NCBI GenBank assembly: GCA_902784475.1
Contig: CACZUX010000003.1
Coordinates: 3,530 to 67,529 of the forward strand
Direction of reading: 5' to 3'
DNA: 64,000 nt
Origin: an uncultured Bacteroidales bacterium
GTDB lineage: Bacteria > Bacteroidota > Bacteroidia > Bacteroidales > Bacteroidaceae
Below the pieces are notes generated by a model. It was not told the DNA's origin. It worked only from the letters and a program-made list of their open reading frames with translations, and did not search any database. Shown here piece by piece: positions 1-9,549 of this stretch (positions are counted from its first letter, which is position 1; every line of letters begins with the position of its first letter). A program made the translations under genes and the position numbers.

Positions 1-2216
1 ATCAGTCCGTGATAACCGGGCGCCACGGGATTGGGATAAATCAGAATGTTGTCGTAATCGAGACTCTCGGCGGCCGGCACCTCACCTGTGTTCAGGAACG
101 CCAGACCCTCCATCGTGGCAACAGCCACCTCGCCGGTGACGGGGTTCACCGCGATGTCGTTCACCGTGTTGGACGGCAGAGGGGAGTTGGACGTGTCATA
201 GTGGAACTGCTGCATCTGGCCGTCGCTGCTGATGCGGTAGATGCCGCTGCCGTCGGTGCCGATCCACTTGTTGCCCTTGGCGTCGCGCACCATCGCCGTA
301 ATGGGAATGCCGTCAAAGAGATAGTCGGCCAGACCGCTGCCGTCGTCGCGGTTGATGATGATCTGGTGGAGCTGTGTCGTCCCCGAGGCAAACAGCGTGC
401 GGGGGTCTTCCATAATGTAGAGCCCCATATTGGTGCCCATCCAGATGCTGCCGTCGGGCTCCTCAATGAAACAGAAATAGCGCTCGGGCGTGATCTTGAC
501 GCCGGCCTCGTTGAGCCAGTCGCTGCAGAGACGGGAAGCGACAAACTTCCAGTTAGCGTTCACCGTGAAAGCAAACAGACCGGTGTTGACCCAACCGTTG
601 GACGAAAGCAGGCGGATGCGTTCGCCGTTGTAGGAAGACGAGGTGAAGAGGAAGCGATCCAGTTTGTTAGCCCCTTCAAGCGAAGGGTGAGACAACTCAG
701 CCCAGCCTCCGGCGGCCTTCTTAACGCGCAGGATGACGTCCACCTGCTGCTGTGCCAGCCAGAGATTGGCGTTCTCGTCGAACTCCAAAGCACTGCACGA
801 CACATAATTATAATAAGCCCGCACCTCGGGCAGAATGCTCACAAGAGGCGAATTGTCCGCATCGTAGCGCTGCACGAACTTGCCGTCGCGGTATTCCTCC
901 AGACCGCTGCGATAGGCCGACACAAAGAGGTGCGAGGCATCCATGGGGTCCTGCACGACGTCCAGTCCGTTCCAATGATTGAAGTCAGAGTGCAGCTTCA
1001 CGCCGGCCTCAAGCGAAGCCTTTTCGTCGATAATGTACCAACGGCCACCCTCACAATAGGATGCCGTAAAGGGATTGAGGTCCTCGCTACCCACCACATT
1101 ACGTCCGCCGGCCACGAGCAGACGGTCACCCTCGTAACGCAACCTGTAGGCAAGGTCGCGCATGGGACTCTCTACGGCGATGCCGTGCACCTCGGTGCTT
1201 TGCAAAGCCTCGCCCTTCAGCTTATAGGCGGAAAAACCATCCATGCCTTCCGACAGCCAATAAGTGGCACCGTCGAAGGACGCACCGGTGAGGTACTTCG
1301 AACAGGTGATGTCCTGAGGGGAAACAGTGGGATCAGAGGTCGGAATGAGCAAAAGGTGACCGTCGCTGCGGAGCAGCAACACCTTTTCGTGCTCGGCCGA
1401 CATATCGGTGAAGTAGAGCGCGCCGGCACGCTGCACACGCCGGATGCCTTCGGGCGTCAAAGCCCCATCGCTGAGTTGAAAAAAGGCCAAATCCTTCGTG
1501 TTGCTCACAAAGAAACGACCCGAAGAAGCGGCGGCACGAAGGTAGGTGACATCACGCGCCAACGTCTTGATTTGCTTGCTGTCATTGAGGTTGACGCCAA
1601 AAGGCGCCGAGCAGACGCTGTCTTTAGCAGCAAAGACATATTGTCCGTCGGCAATAGCCGTACTCTTCAAGGCCATCTTCATACGGTAAACCTCCTCCAT
1701 CACGCGGTTGCCCACATCAATCACCATCAGGCCGAAGTCGGTGGAGACATAGGCTTTGCTGCCGTACACCGTCAGGTCGTTGATCACCTTGCCGGGAATG
1801 GACGCGTCGCGAACCTGAGGCAGATTGGTGACGTTGTCCGTCTCGTCCAGAAGATCCACATTACCGTTTTCATAGACAATGACCAGCGTGCGTGCCGCCT
1901 GACACCATCGGATGAAGGCGATTTTCTGGTCGGAGAGGCCGCTGCATCGGTCGTAAGTGCGGATAAGGGCGTTCTGCTCCGCGTCCCACGAAAGCAGGGC
2001 GCCGGAAAGGTCGCGCGCCACAGTGGTTCTCCATTGCGACTGCGTCTGATAGTTGCCGTCGTAGAGCACGAATACCTTGCCCCCGGAAGCCACAGCACAC
2101 TGACGGGCCACATGGTAAGCACGCGGAGTCTTCCAGGACGGATCCTGGGCCCGCACCGTCAAAGCCGTCACAACGGCCAGGAGCACAACGAGCCTGAAAT
2201 ACACAGGTTTGATCAC
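1..2216 (-). CDS. Secreted beta-propeller protein with T9SS C-terminal sorting signal, PorZ-like (partial; C-terminus lies off the left edge)
   Basis: I translated the minus frame by hand and it is open from GTG at 2216-2214 to position 1. N-terminus VIKPVYFRLVVLLAVVTALTVRAQD looks like a signal peptide. Reg_prop-like repeats are present (IWMGTNMGLYIM, KWIGTDGSGIYRIS). The window edge reads DYDNILIYPNPVAPGYHG, which resembles the start of a T9SS CTD. The GTG start overlaps the TGA stop of the upstream gene (GTGA). The gene is absent from the ORF track because it is truncated by the window. Confidence 0.8.
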   Translation of the reverse strand, partial: MIKPVYFRLVVLLAVVTALTVRAQDPSWKTPRAYHVARQCAVASGGKVFVLYDGNYQTQSQWRTTVARDLSGALLSWDAEQNALIRTYDRCSGLSDQKIAFIRWCQAARTLVIVYENGNVDLLDETDNVTNLPQVRDASIPGKVINDLTVYGSKAYVSTDFGLMVIDVGNRVMEEVYRMKMALKSTAIADGQYVFAAKDSVCSAPFGVNLNDSKQIKTLARDVTYLRAAASSGRFFVSNTKDLAFFQLSDGALTPEGIRRVQRAGALYFTDMSAEHEKVLLLRSDGHLLLIPTSDPTVSPQDITCSKYLTGASFDGATYWLSEGMDGFSAYKLKGEALQSTEVHGIAVESPMRDLAYRLRYEGDRLLVAGGRNVVGSEDLNPFTASYCEGGRWYIIDEKASLEAGVKLHSDFNHWNGLDVVQDPMDASHLFVSAYRSGLEEYRDGKFVQRYDADNSPLVSILPEVRAYYNYVSCSALEFDENANLWLAQQQVDVILRVKKAAGGWAELSHPSLEGANKLDRFLFTSSSYNGERIRLLSSNGWVNTGLFAFTVNANWKFVASRLCSDWLNEAGVKITPERYFCFIEEPDGSIWMGTNMGLYIMEDPRTLFASGTTQLHQIIINRDDGSGLADYLFDGIPITAMVRDAKGNKWIGTDGSGIYRISSDGQMQQFHYDTSNSPLPSNTVNDIAVNPVTGEVAVATMEGLAFLNTGEVPAAESLDYDNILIYPNPVAPGYHGL

Positions 2217-4693
2217 TTTTCTGTCAATGATTTCCCCTCAGAGGAATTGCTGTAATTGCCATAGAGACCGTAGTGACCGTAGCGGCTGTAGCCGTAGCCG
2301 TAACGCTTGCCGTAACCGCCATAGCGACCGTAGCCGTAGTAATAACCGTACTTCTTCTTCTTGAGATCTACGCCGTTGAGCACGACACTCATCTTCGGCA
2401 GCTTGCCTTCCGCAGCAATCTCATTGAGCAGACGGAAGTTGGCCTTGGGCGAGTAGTCGGCGCGGGCCACGAACAGGGTGGCGTCGGCCAAACGGCCCAG
2501 CATCAGAGAGTCGCTCACAAGACCCACGGGGGGCGTGTCAAGTATGATGTAGTCGTACTTGGTACGGAAGTAGTTGATGGCGTCATCCAAAAGCGAACGC
2601 GAAAGCAGCTCGGCAGGGTTGGGGGGCATCACGCCCGCGGCGATGACGTCCAGATTCTTGTTGCCCACACAGGGATAAATCTGATTCTCCAGCAGAGTGA
2701 AATCCGGACCGTCACCGGCAAGGAAGTTCACAATACCGCGCTTGTCGGCGGACAGACCGAAGAGACTGACCAGACGGGGCTTACGGATATCCAAACCGGC
2801 AATCAGCACCTTCTTGCCCAGGAAGGCCAGCGACATGGCCAGGTTGGATGCCACGAAAGTCTTGCCCTCACCGGGAATGCAGGAGGTACACATAATGACT
2901 TTCTCCTTGCCTTCCAGGATGAAGTTCAGGTTGGTGCGCAGGCCTCGGAAGCTCTCCTCCATCATGTTGTTGCGGTTCTCCTTCACACAAATACCGCGGT
3001 CGCCGGCCGTCAGGGTGTGATCCACAGGGATATCGGCCAGGATACGCAACTTGGTGAGACGCTCAATGTCGCTGCGGCCCTCAATGCGGTAGCGCATCAA
3101 GGAGAGCAGATAGAGCAGACCCATCGGGAAGGCAACGCCCAACACAAAGCAAACACCCAACACCAGAGGCTTCTTGGGAGAAACACGGCCGAGGAGCACG
3201 GGCTCATTGATGATACGACCCTTGCGAGCGGTAGAGGCCAAAGAGATGTAGTTCTCCTCACGCTTCTGCAACAAAGTCAGATACAGACCGGCCTTGATTT
3301 CCTGCTGGCGGGCAATGTTGTTGAACGTATGCTCCATCGTGGGCGATTGCTTCACACGCCCTTGGTACATGCCATATTGCTGATCCACACCGCTCTTTTT
3401 CTTTTGAAGGTCCTCATACACGCTCTCAATGCTGCGACCGATAGCCGGCCACATTTGAGCCATCATGCCGTCAATGCGGACAACTGCAGGATTCTTCTCG
3501 CTGGAAGAACGCACCAGACGGGCACGATCGAGCACCAGCTTATTGTATTCGCTGATTTGAGTCGCCACAGCCTGATTGGACAAGCCCAGATTGGCAGGAA
3601 TCACCTCCGTAGCGTTGGCAGGATTTCTCATGTAGTCCACCAGAGACTTGACCAACATCAGCTCTGTCTGCATCTCCACCTGCTTCTGCTGGAAATTGGT
3701 GCTGGCGTTGAGCGCTGTGGTGGCGTCGTTGGCCAGGTTGATCAGGTCGTTGCGTTTCTTGAAGGTCTCCATGTCGAACTCCGTCTCGTCCAGCTCCTGC
3801 TTGATGATGTTAATACGTTCATGGATGAACTCCTCCGTCTTTAAGGCTATTTCGTTTTTATCCTCATTGGCGTCGTCGTTATAGGCCTGAATGAGGGCAT
3901 TGAGATATTCTGTGCATCGGCTGGGAATACCATCCTTCAGAGATATCTGCGCCACAGTAGTGGTCTTGGCAGTGGGGGCTGCCTGCAAACTGGCAGCATA
4001 GGCCTGACTCATCCAATCGATAGGATATACCGTGACACGCAAATTGCGATCGGACATCGCAAAGCCGGCATTACGGCTCAAAATCAGATTGCCCTCAGGG
4101 GTGGGAATGGTGGCAGGAAAGGTCTTTATGGTCGTATCAATCAAATACTGACGATCTTCCACCTCTTCTGCATTGGTCGTAACCGGAAGAAACATCTCGC
4201 CCTCCACGTGAACACCCTGACCCTTCTTACTGATGGTCAGGTTGATTGGATATTTCAGGTCCTCCAGGCGGCTTTCTTCCAAATCCACAAGAACGGGGCT
4301 GGTCTTGTATATTTCATGACTGGACACACGGCCTTCCTGCACATAACTCACATAGAGTTTCAGGTTCTTTACCACGCGGGTAGCGAGCGACGTGGAAGTC
4401 AGAATCTCCAACTCGTTTTCGAAGCCCGAGCTATTGGAGATCAGTCCCAACTGGTCCATCGCATAACCGTTGACACTGCGGCGACGACTGCTGCCGTCAT
4501 CATCCTTAATCAACACTTTCATACTGGCCATGTACATAGGATGAGCATAACGCAGGTAGACAAAGCCGCAGCCCAGGAAGAACAGAACGCTCAAAAGCAC
4601 CATCTGCCAATTCAGCACAAAGATGTCCCAAAGCGTCTTGAGGTTAAACGCGCCCTCTTCTTCAATCTGTTCGTTTTCGATATAGTCTGCCAT
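2213..4693 (-). CDS. Polysaccharide co-polymerase / tyrosine autokinase (Wzc/PCP2a-like)
   Basis: 826 aa. N-terminal Wzz-type TM region, a long coiled-coil periplasmic region and a second TM segment. Walker A CIPGEGKTFVASNLA, then ILDTPPVG. C-terminal Tyr cluster KKYGYYYGYGRYGGYGKRYGYGYSRYGHYGLYGNY. Confidence 0.92.
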   Translation of the reverse strand: MADYIENEQIEEEGAFNLKTLWDIFVLNWQMVLLSVLFFLGCGFVYLRYAHPMYMASMKVLIKDDDGSSRRRSVNGYAMDQLGLISNSSGFENELEILTSTSLATRVVKNLKLYVSYVQEGRVSSHEIYKTSPVLVDLEESRLEDLKYPINLTISKKGQGVHVEGEMFLPVTTNAEEVEDRQYLIDTTIKTFPATIPTPEGNLILSRNAGFAMSDRNLRVTVYPIDWMSQAYAASLQAAPTAKTTTVAQISLKDGIPSRCTEYLNALIQAYNDDANEDKNEIALKTEEFIHERINIIKQELDETEFDMETFKKRNDLINLANDATTALNASTNFQQKQVEMQTELMLVKSLVDYMRNPANATEVIPANLGLSNQAVATQISEYNKLVLDRARLVRSSSEKNPAVVRIDGMMAQMWPAIGRSIESVYEDLQKKKSGVDQQYGMYQGRVKQSPTMEHTFNNIARQQEIKAGLYLTLLQKREENYISLASTARKGRIINEPVLLGRVSPKKPLVLGVCFVLGVAFPMGLLYLLSLMRYRIEGRSDIERLTKLRILADIPVDHTLTAGDRGICVKENRNNMMEESFRGLRTNLNFILEGKEKVIMCTSCIPGEGKTFVASNLAMSLAFLGKKVLIAGLDIRKPRLVSLFGLSADKRGIVNFLAGDGPDFTLLENQIYPCVGNKNLDVIAAGVMPPNPAELLSRSLLDDAINYFRTKYDYIILDTPPVGLVSDSLMLGRLADATLFVARADYSPKANFRLLNEIAAEGKLPKMSVVLNGVDLKKKKYGYYYGYGRYGGYGKRYGYGYSRYGHYGLYGNYSNSSEGKSLTEK

Positions 4694-4715
4694 ATTTTAC
4701 AAAATTATTCGGGCG

Positions 4716-4723
4716 CAAAGATA
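4716..4723 (-). promoter_or_regulatory. Bacteroidota sigma-A -7 box (TAtcTTTG) upstream of the Wzc-like gene
   Basis: The plus strand reads caaagata, which is TATCTTTG on the minus strand. It lies 22 nt upstream of the ATG at 4693. Confidence 0.6.
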
Positions 4724-4818
4724 TGATATTTCTCTCAGATTAGCTATCTTTACTCGTAAAAAAACGCGAAAGATGTCATTTTTCCTTTATCGCATGCGCC
4801 TATTTCACATTTTTTTTG

Positions 4819-4826
4819 TACTTTTG
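4819..4826 (+). promoter_or_regulatory. Bacteroidota -7 box (TActTTTG) upstream of the WbaP-like gene
   Basis: tacttttg at 4819-4826. This argues against the ORF-track TTG start at 4816 and for the ATG at 4858. Confidence 0.55.
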
Positions 4827-4857
4827 CATGCGCAAAGCTATATATAAAGCTTTTGAC

Positions 4858-6261
4858 ATGCTAAAAAAATACAACACAACACACGGTCCTGTCAGATGGG
4901 CAATTGCAATGGTAGACATTCTGCTCGTCATTGTGTGCATGACCGTGGCATACAAATTGACCTTCGCCCATCATCCGCAGACAGCGGCGGCAGTCAGTCT
5001 GCAAAAATACATCATTGCGGCCATCGCGGCTTATATCCCGGCCGTTGCCGTTTTCCGACCCATACTGATGTACAGGGTGGTGCGGGGTGATATCATCGTG
5101 CAACGCACCCTGAACATGTGTCTGCTGCATGTATTAATGCTGCTGACACTGCTGTTTGCCGTAAAGGATCCCCTCGCCAGTCGTGGAGTTTTCGTCTTTT
5201 ATGCCGTCTTCATCACGTTTGCCGTTACTGTCTTTCGCCTGACAACCAGGCGCCTGGTGAGCAAAATCCGCAAATCGGGCCACAACGTCCGTCGCATACT
5301 TTTGGCCGGTCCGGTGGCCGACCTGACAGAGCTTCACGCTTATTTGACCCGGAAAGAATACGGCATCGAGATTCTTGGCATCTTCACGTCCTCCAGTGAA
5401 GAGCAATGCACAAAGCACAGCATCAAGCGTTTGGGCTCTGCCTACGAGTTGTTGTCCTATCTGCAAGACCACGAAGGACAGGTGGACGCCTTGTTTTGTG
5501 CAACGGGCAACGACTCAACCGGCGACACTCGCCAAATATTTTCTTTCTGCGAGAACCACCTTATCCCTTTCCACCTTGTCCCGGCCGTTGGGCCGGCTAT
5601 GGGGCACACCCTTGACGCCCTATATCTGGGCGAAGCTTTGGTGCTTGCTCCACGCAAAGAACCGCTGCTGAATTTTGAAAACAGAGCGATTAAACGCGCA
5701 TTAGACCTGCTCTGCAGTGCCCTTTTCCTGCTGACAGTCTTCCCGGTTATATACATCGTGGCAGCAGTCATCATCAAACTGAAGAGTCCCGGCCCGGTGC
5801 TTGTCGTTCATGAACGAACGGGGTGGAACAAACGTGCGTTCCGCACCGTCAAATTCCGCACAGCCCCTTACAGCAAGGAGGAAAATCGGGAGCTGACAGA
5901 GCAACAGGAATTTCCTTTCGGCAGCTTTATGCGACAAACCCGTCTTGACAAACTGCCGATGTTCATCAACATCTTTTTCGGCAGTATGTCGTTGGTCGGT
6001 CCCTGCCCTCACTGTCCGCAGCAGAGCACAGAGTTCACCGAAACAAGGGAAAAATATAACGTAAACCTGCGCGTGAAGCCCGGACTGACAGGATGGGATC
6101 GCATACAGGGACACATCGGCGAAGACCTGCAACTCCCGCCAACAGAGCAGCGCATAAGGGCAGACATCTGGTACGCCGAAAACTGGACCTTCTGGTTGGA
6201 CTTGCGCATAATCTACCGCAGTCTTTTCTGTTCACCCCCCGACAAAAACAACAACGCATAA
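4858..6261 (+). CDS. Undecaprenyl-phosphate hexose-1-phosphate transferase (WbaP-type initiating polyprenyl glycosylphosphotransferase)
   Basis: Four N-terminal TM helices. C-terminal bacterial sugar transferase domain: KRALDLLCSALFLLTVFPVIYIVAAVIIKLKSPGPV, LDKLPMFINIFFGSMSLVGPCP, KPGLTGW. Start moved to 4858 because of the promoter box. Confidence 0.9.
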   Translation: MLKKYNTTHGPVRWAIAMVDILLVIVCMTVAYKLTFAHHPQTAAAVSLQKYIIAAIAAYIPAVAVFRPILMYRVVRGDIIVQRTLNMCLLHVLMLLTLLFAVKDPLASRGVFVFYAVFITFAVTVFRLTTRRLVSKIRKSGHNVRRILLAGPVADLTELHAYLTRKEYGIEILGIFTSSSEEQCTKHSIKRLGSAYELLSYLQDHEGQVDALFCATGNDSTGDTRQIFSFCENHLIPFHLVPAVGPAMGHTLDALYLGEALVLAPRKEPLLNFENRAIKRALDLLCSALFLLTVFPVIYIVAAVIIKLKSPGPVLVVHERTGWNKRAFRTVKFRTAPYSKEENRELTEQQEFPFGSFMRQTRLDKLPMFINIFFGSMSLVGPCPHCPQQSTEFTETREKYNVNLRVKPGLTGWDRIQGHIGEDLQLPPTEQRIRADIWYAENWTFWLDLRIIYRSLFCSPPDKNNNA

Positions 6262-6279
6262 ACAATCAGAGTATACAAT

Positions 6280-6900
6280 ATGGGATTTTTTTCCAACCTG
6301 TTCAAGCATAAAGAGCAAGAACCCAAAGCGGGTGGCATGGAAGACTTCATGCTGCTTATCCGCGTTTACTATCAGGCCGTCATGGCGGCTCAAATCGGCA
6401 TCAACAATTTGGCGGCTCTGCCGGACTTGCGTGTCTTCAAACAAACCTACAAAGTGCCCACCCAAAACAACAGATTGGGTCTGGGCGAAAAGAAGCAGTG
6501 CCAGAAGATACTCATGAGCATCTACGGCATCAGCGACTCGTTTTTTAAAGAAATTGACGCCAGCGTGAAGCACCACTGCCGTAAGGTGCAGGACGTACAA
6601 CCCTACTTCATTCAATTCCAAGGCTTCTCACAGGATTTGATGATGCTCATGTCCAACCTCATGCAGTGGAAGTTTCGCCTGCCCGGCTTCATGAAGAAAG
6701 CCCTCAAAGCCATGGTTGAGAAACAGGTACACGACGTGATGACCAAAAACGACTGGAAGGACGACGGCGTAAGAAGAGCCTGTGTCGCCCTGCGCAAATA
6801 CCAGGCACATCTGGGCTACAGCGAAGCCTGGATGTCGGAATACGTGCATACGGTCGTGATGCTGGCTAAAAAAGAAAAAAGACCCCAAACGGAAGAATAA
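6280..6900 (+). CDS. Hypothetical protein (206 aa), no motif recognised
   Basis: Clean ORF with normal composition. It sits 18 nt after the WbaP-like gene and 6 nt before the next ORF. Confidence 0.7.
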   Translation: MGFFSNLFKHKEQEPKAGGMEDFMLLIRVYYQAVMAAQIGINNLAALPDLRVFKQTYKVPTQNNRLGLGEKKQCQKILMSIYGISDSFFKEIDASVKHHCRKVQDVQPYFIQFQGFSQDLMMLMSNLMQWKFRLPGFMKKALKAMVEKQVHDVMTKNDWKDDGVRRACVALRKYQAHLGYSEAWMSEYVHTVVMLAKKEKRPQTEE

Positions 6901-6906
6901 AAGGCC

Positions 6907-7212
6907 ATGAAAACACAAGAAGAGACCATGAGTCTCGTGACCAAGTTGGAAACCTGCGCCCGTCGCATGCTGCAGCGCCATCAGGAAGTCCTTAATGAAA
7001 TACAGGGCCTCCGCGACCAGTTGACCCGGCGCGACGAACAAATACGCCAACTCAACGAAGCCTCAAAAGAGGACAAAAAAGCTTACGAGAGACTGAAAAT
7101 GGCAAAATACCTTGATGCCATGGACGACGATGCCCGCTCCACACGTGCCAAACTGTCACGAATGATTGCCAGCGTCGACAAATGCATCGCAATACTTAAG
7201 AACAATGAATAA
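6907..7212 (+). CDS. Small coiled-coil protein (ZapB-like by shape only)
   Basis: 101 aa with a heptad-like charged sequence (RDQLTRRDEQIRQLNEASKEDKKAYERLK). Its stop overlaps the zapA start by 8 nt. Confidence 0.65.
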   Translation: MKTQEETMSLVTKLETCARRMLQRHQEVLNEIQGLRDQLTRRDEQIRQLNEASKEDKKAYERLKMAKYLDAMDDDARSTRAKLSRMIASVDKCIAILKNNE

Positions 7213-7489
7213 CGATTTGCAGAATATCACCTTGCACATCGGCACACTCACCCTGCCGATGAAAGTCAAGAGAGAAGAGGAGACCTTCTACCGTGAAGCG
7301 GAGCGCCTCATCAAGGAGCGCTACAATTTCTATGCCACCACCTACCCCAACCAGAAGGCGGAGACCTACTTCACTATGACGGCATTGGACATCGCCGTGC
7401 AGGCACAACGCACAAAGCACTCCGTAGACCTAGAGCCCATGGCCAACCGCCTGGAACTCTTGATTAAGGACATTGAGAAAGCACTTTAA
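7205..7489 (+). CDS. zapA: Cell division protein ZapA
   Basis: MNNDLQNITLHIGTLTLPMKVKREEETFYREAERLIKERY has the ZapA-like pattern. Position immediately upstream of rny is typical of Bacteroidales. Start chosen at the internal ATG 7205 of ORF 7166..7489. Confidence 0.75.
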   Translation: MNNDLQNITLHIGTLTLPMKVKREEETFYREAERLIKERYNFYATTYPNQKAETYFTMTALDIAVQAQRTKHSVDLEPMANRLELLIKDIEKAL

Positions 7490-7526
7490 ACTTATATATA
7501 AATAAGGTAAAACAACATCTGAAAAC

Positions 7527-9080
7527 ATGCAATACATCATCATCGTCATAGCCGTCTGCATCATTGCAATATGGTGGGCTGTGTGGTATTTCGCCGTGGT
7601 GCCCGCCAAGCAGCGCAGAATGGAAGAGATGGCCCGCAGCGTGGCTGAAAAAGAGGCCGAAGTGATTAAAGAGAAAAAGCTCCTGGAAGTCAAGGAGGAA
7701 ATCCTGAGCAAACGCACCGAGCTGGAAAAAGAGATGCAGCAGCATCAACAGCAAATCCAGCAGGCTGAGAACCGCGCCAAGCAAAGAGAACTCTCGCTGA
7801 ATCAGCGCAGCGAAGAACTCAACCGGGCCAAACAGGAGACCGACAACGCCCGTCTGCGTATAGAGACACAGCAGCAACTTCTGGAACAGCGCGAAGCCGA
7901 GCTCAACACCCGCCAGAACGCCATCATCGAGAGAGAACGCACCAAGCTGGAAGAGCTCAGCGGGTTGTCGCGCGAAGAAGCCAAAGCACAACTCATTGAA
8001 AGCCTTAAGGACGAAGCCAAGACCAATGCTGCCGCCTACATCAACGAAATCATGGATGAGGCGCGCATCAACGCCAACAAGGAAGCCAAGCGTATCATTA
8101 TCCAAACTATACAGCGCGTGGCCACTGAGACTGCAGTGGAGAACTCCGTCACTGTGTTCCACATTGATAACGACGAAGTAAAAGGCCGTGTCATCGGACG
8201 CGAAGGACGCAACATACGCGCTCTGGAAGCTGCCACCGGCGTGGAACTTGTGGTGGACGATACGCCAGAAGCCATTGTCATCAGCGCATTTGACCCCATC
8301 CGCCGTGAAGTTTGCCGATTGGCACTGCATCAGCTCATTGCAGACGGCCGCATCCACCCTGCCCGCATTGAAGAGGTGGTGGCCAAGGTGAAGAAGCAGG
8401 TGGAAGAGGAAGTGATGGAGACCGGCAAACGCACCACCATCGACTTGGGCGTACACGGTCTGCACCCCGAGTTGATTCGCATCATCGGCAAAATGAAATA
8501 CCGCAGCAGCTACGGCCAAAACCTGCTGCAGCACGCTCGCGAGACCGCCAATCTCTGTGCCGTAATGGCAGCAGAACTGGGTCTCAATCCGAAGAAAGCC
8601 AAACGTGCCGGACTGCTACACGATATCGGTAAAGTGCCCGACGAAGATCCCGAAATGCCACACGCACTCTACGGCGCCAAACTGGCAGAAAAATATAAGG
8701 AGAAGCCTGACATTTGCAATGCCATCGGCGCCCATCACGAAGAGATGGAGATGACGTCACTGATTGCTCCTATTGTGCAGATTTGTGATGCCATCTCCGG
8801 CGCACGTCCCGGTGCACGCAGAGAAATCGTAGAAGCCTACATCAAGAGACTGAAGGACTTGGAGAACATTGCTATTTCTTACCCAGGCGTCACCAAAACC
8901 TACGCCATCCAAGCCGGTCGCGAACTCCGTGTCATCGTGGGTGCAGACAAGATCGACGACAAGCAAATCGAGAAACTCTCCACGGATATTGCCACCAGAA
9001 TACAGAACGAGATGACTTATCCCGGACAGGTGAAGATTACCGTGATACGTGAAACCCGCGCCGTTGCCATCGCCAAATGA
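7527..9080 (+). CDS. rny: Ribonuclease Y
   Basis: N-terminal TM helix and coiled coil. KH domain ([26 protein letters not shown]). HD domain (LLHDIGK ... GAHHEE). Confidence 0.97.
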   Translation: MQYIIIVIAVCIIAIWWAVWYFAVVPAKQRRMEEMARSVAEKEAEVIKEKKLLEVKEEILSKRTELEKEMQQHQQQIQQAENRAKQRELSLNQRSEELNRAKQETDNARLRIETQQQLLEQREAELNTRQNAIIERERTKLEELSGLSREEAKAQLIESLKDEAKTNAAAYINEIMDEARINANKEAKRIIIQTIQRVATETAVENSVTVFHIDNDEVKGRVIGREGRNIRALEAATGVELVVDDTPEAIVISAFDPIRREVCRLALHQLIADGRIHPARIEEVVAKVKKQVEEEVMETGKRTTIDLGVHGLHPELIRIIGKMKYRSSYGQNLLQHARETANLCAVMAAELGLNPKKAKRAGLLHDIGKVPDEDPEMPHALYGAKLAEKYKEKPDICNAIGAHHEEMEMTSLIAPIVQICDAISGARPGARREIVEAYIKRLKDLENIAISYPGVTKTYAIQAGRELRVIVGADKIDDKQIEKLSTDIATRIQNEMTYPGQVKITVIRETRAVAIAK

Positions 9081-9514
9081 TCATTGCAGTAGATTTTGAC
9101 GGCACCATCGTAGAGAACCGGTATCCGGCCATCGGGCGTGAAAACCCGTTTGCTGTGCGCACGCTGAAAATGCTGCAGGAAGAAGGCCATTTCCTCATCT
9201 TGTGGAGTTGTCGCGAAGGAGAAGAGCTCGATGCCGCATTGGACTGGTGCCGGCAACGGGGACTTGAGTTCTATGCCGTAAACAAGGATTTTCCGGAAGA
9301 AAACGAGAAGGAAAACCTGTCTTTTTCGCGTAAGATCAAGGCAGACATGTTTATCGATGACCGCAATGTCGGAGGATTGCCTGACTGGGGTGCCATCTAC
9401 CAAATGATTCACGAGAACAAAACCTACGAAGAAATCATTGTCGAGCGCGACCACTCTGAACGAAATGAATACGCTTACGACAATTTGCCGAAGAAGAAGT
9501 GGTGGCAGTTTTAA
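9077..9514 (+). CDS. Small HAD-superfamily phosphatase-like protein
   Basis: N-terminal DxDGT motif ([11 protein letters not shown]) and a downstream FIDDR motif. The ATG overlaps the rny stop (ATGA). Confidence 0.7.
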   Translation: MIIAVDFDGTIVENRYPAIGRENPFAVRTLKMLQEEGHFLILWSCREGEELDAALDWCRQRGLEFYAVNKDFPEENEKENLSFSRKIKADMFIDDRNVGGLPDWGAIYQMIHENKTYEEIIVERDHSERNEYAYDNLPKKKWWQF

Positions 9515-9549
9515 AAAAAGACAAAATATAAGACAGTATACGAGTATCC

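Noticed and set aside
9-2255. 748-aa plus-strand ORF, the longest track ORF at the left edge
   Set aside because: It is the antisense shadow of the minus-strand PorZ-like gene. The translation is His/Arg/Gly/Val-rich with no motifs. The minus frame gives a signal peptide, propeller repeats and a CTD.
2255-2345. ccgta(g/a) DNA microrepeat
   Set aside because: Not an intergenic repeat. It encodes the Gly-Tyr tail of the Wzc-like kinase, which is reported as a protein feature instead.
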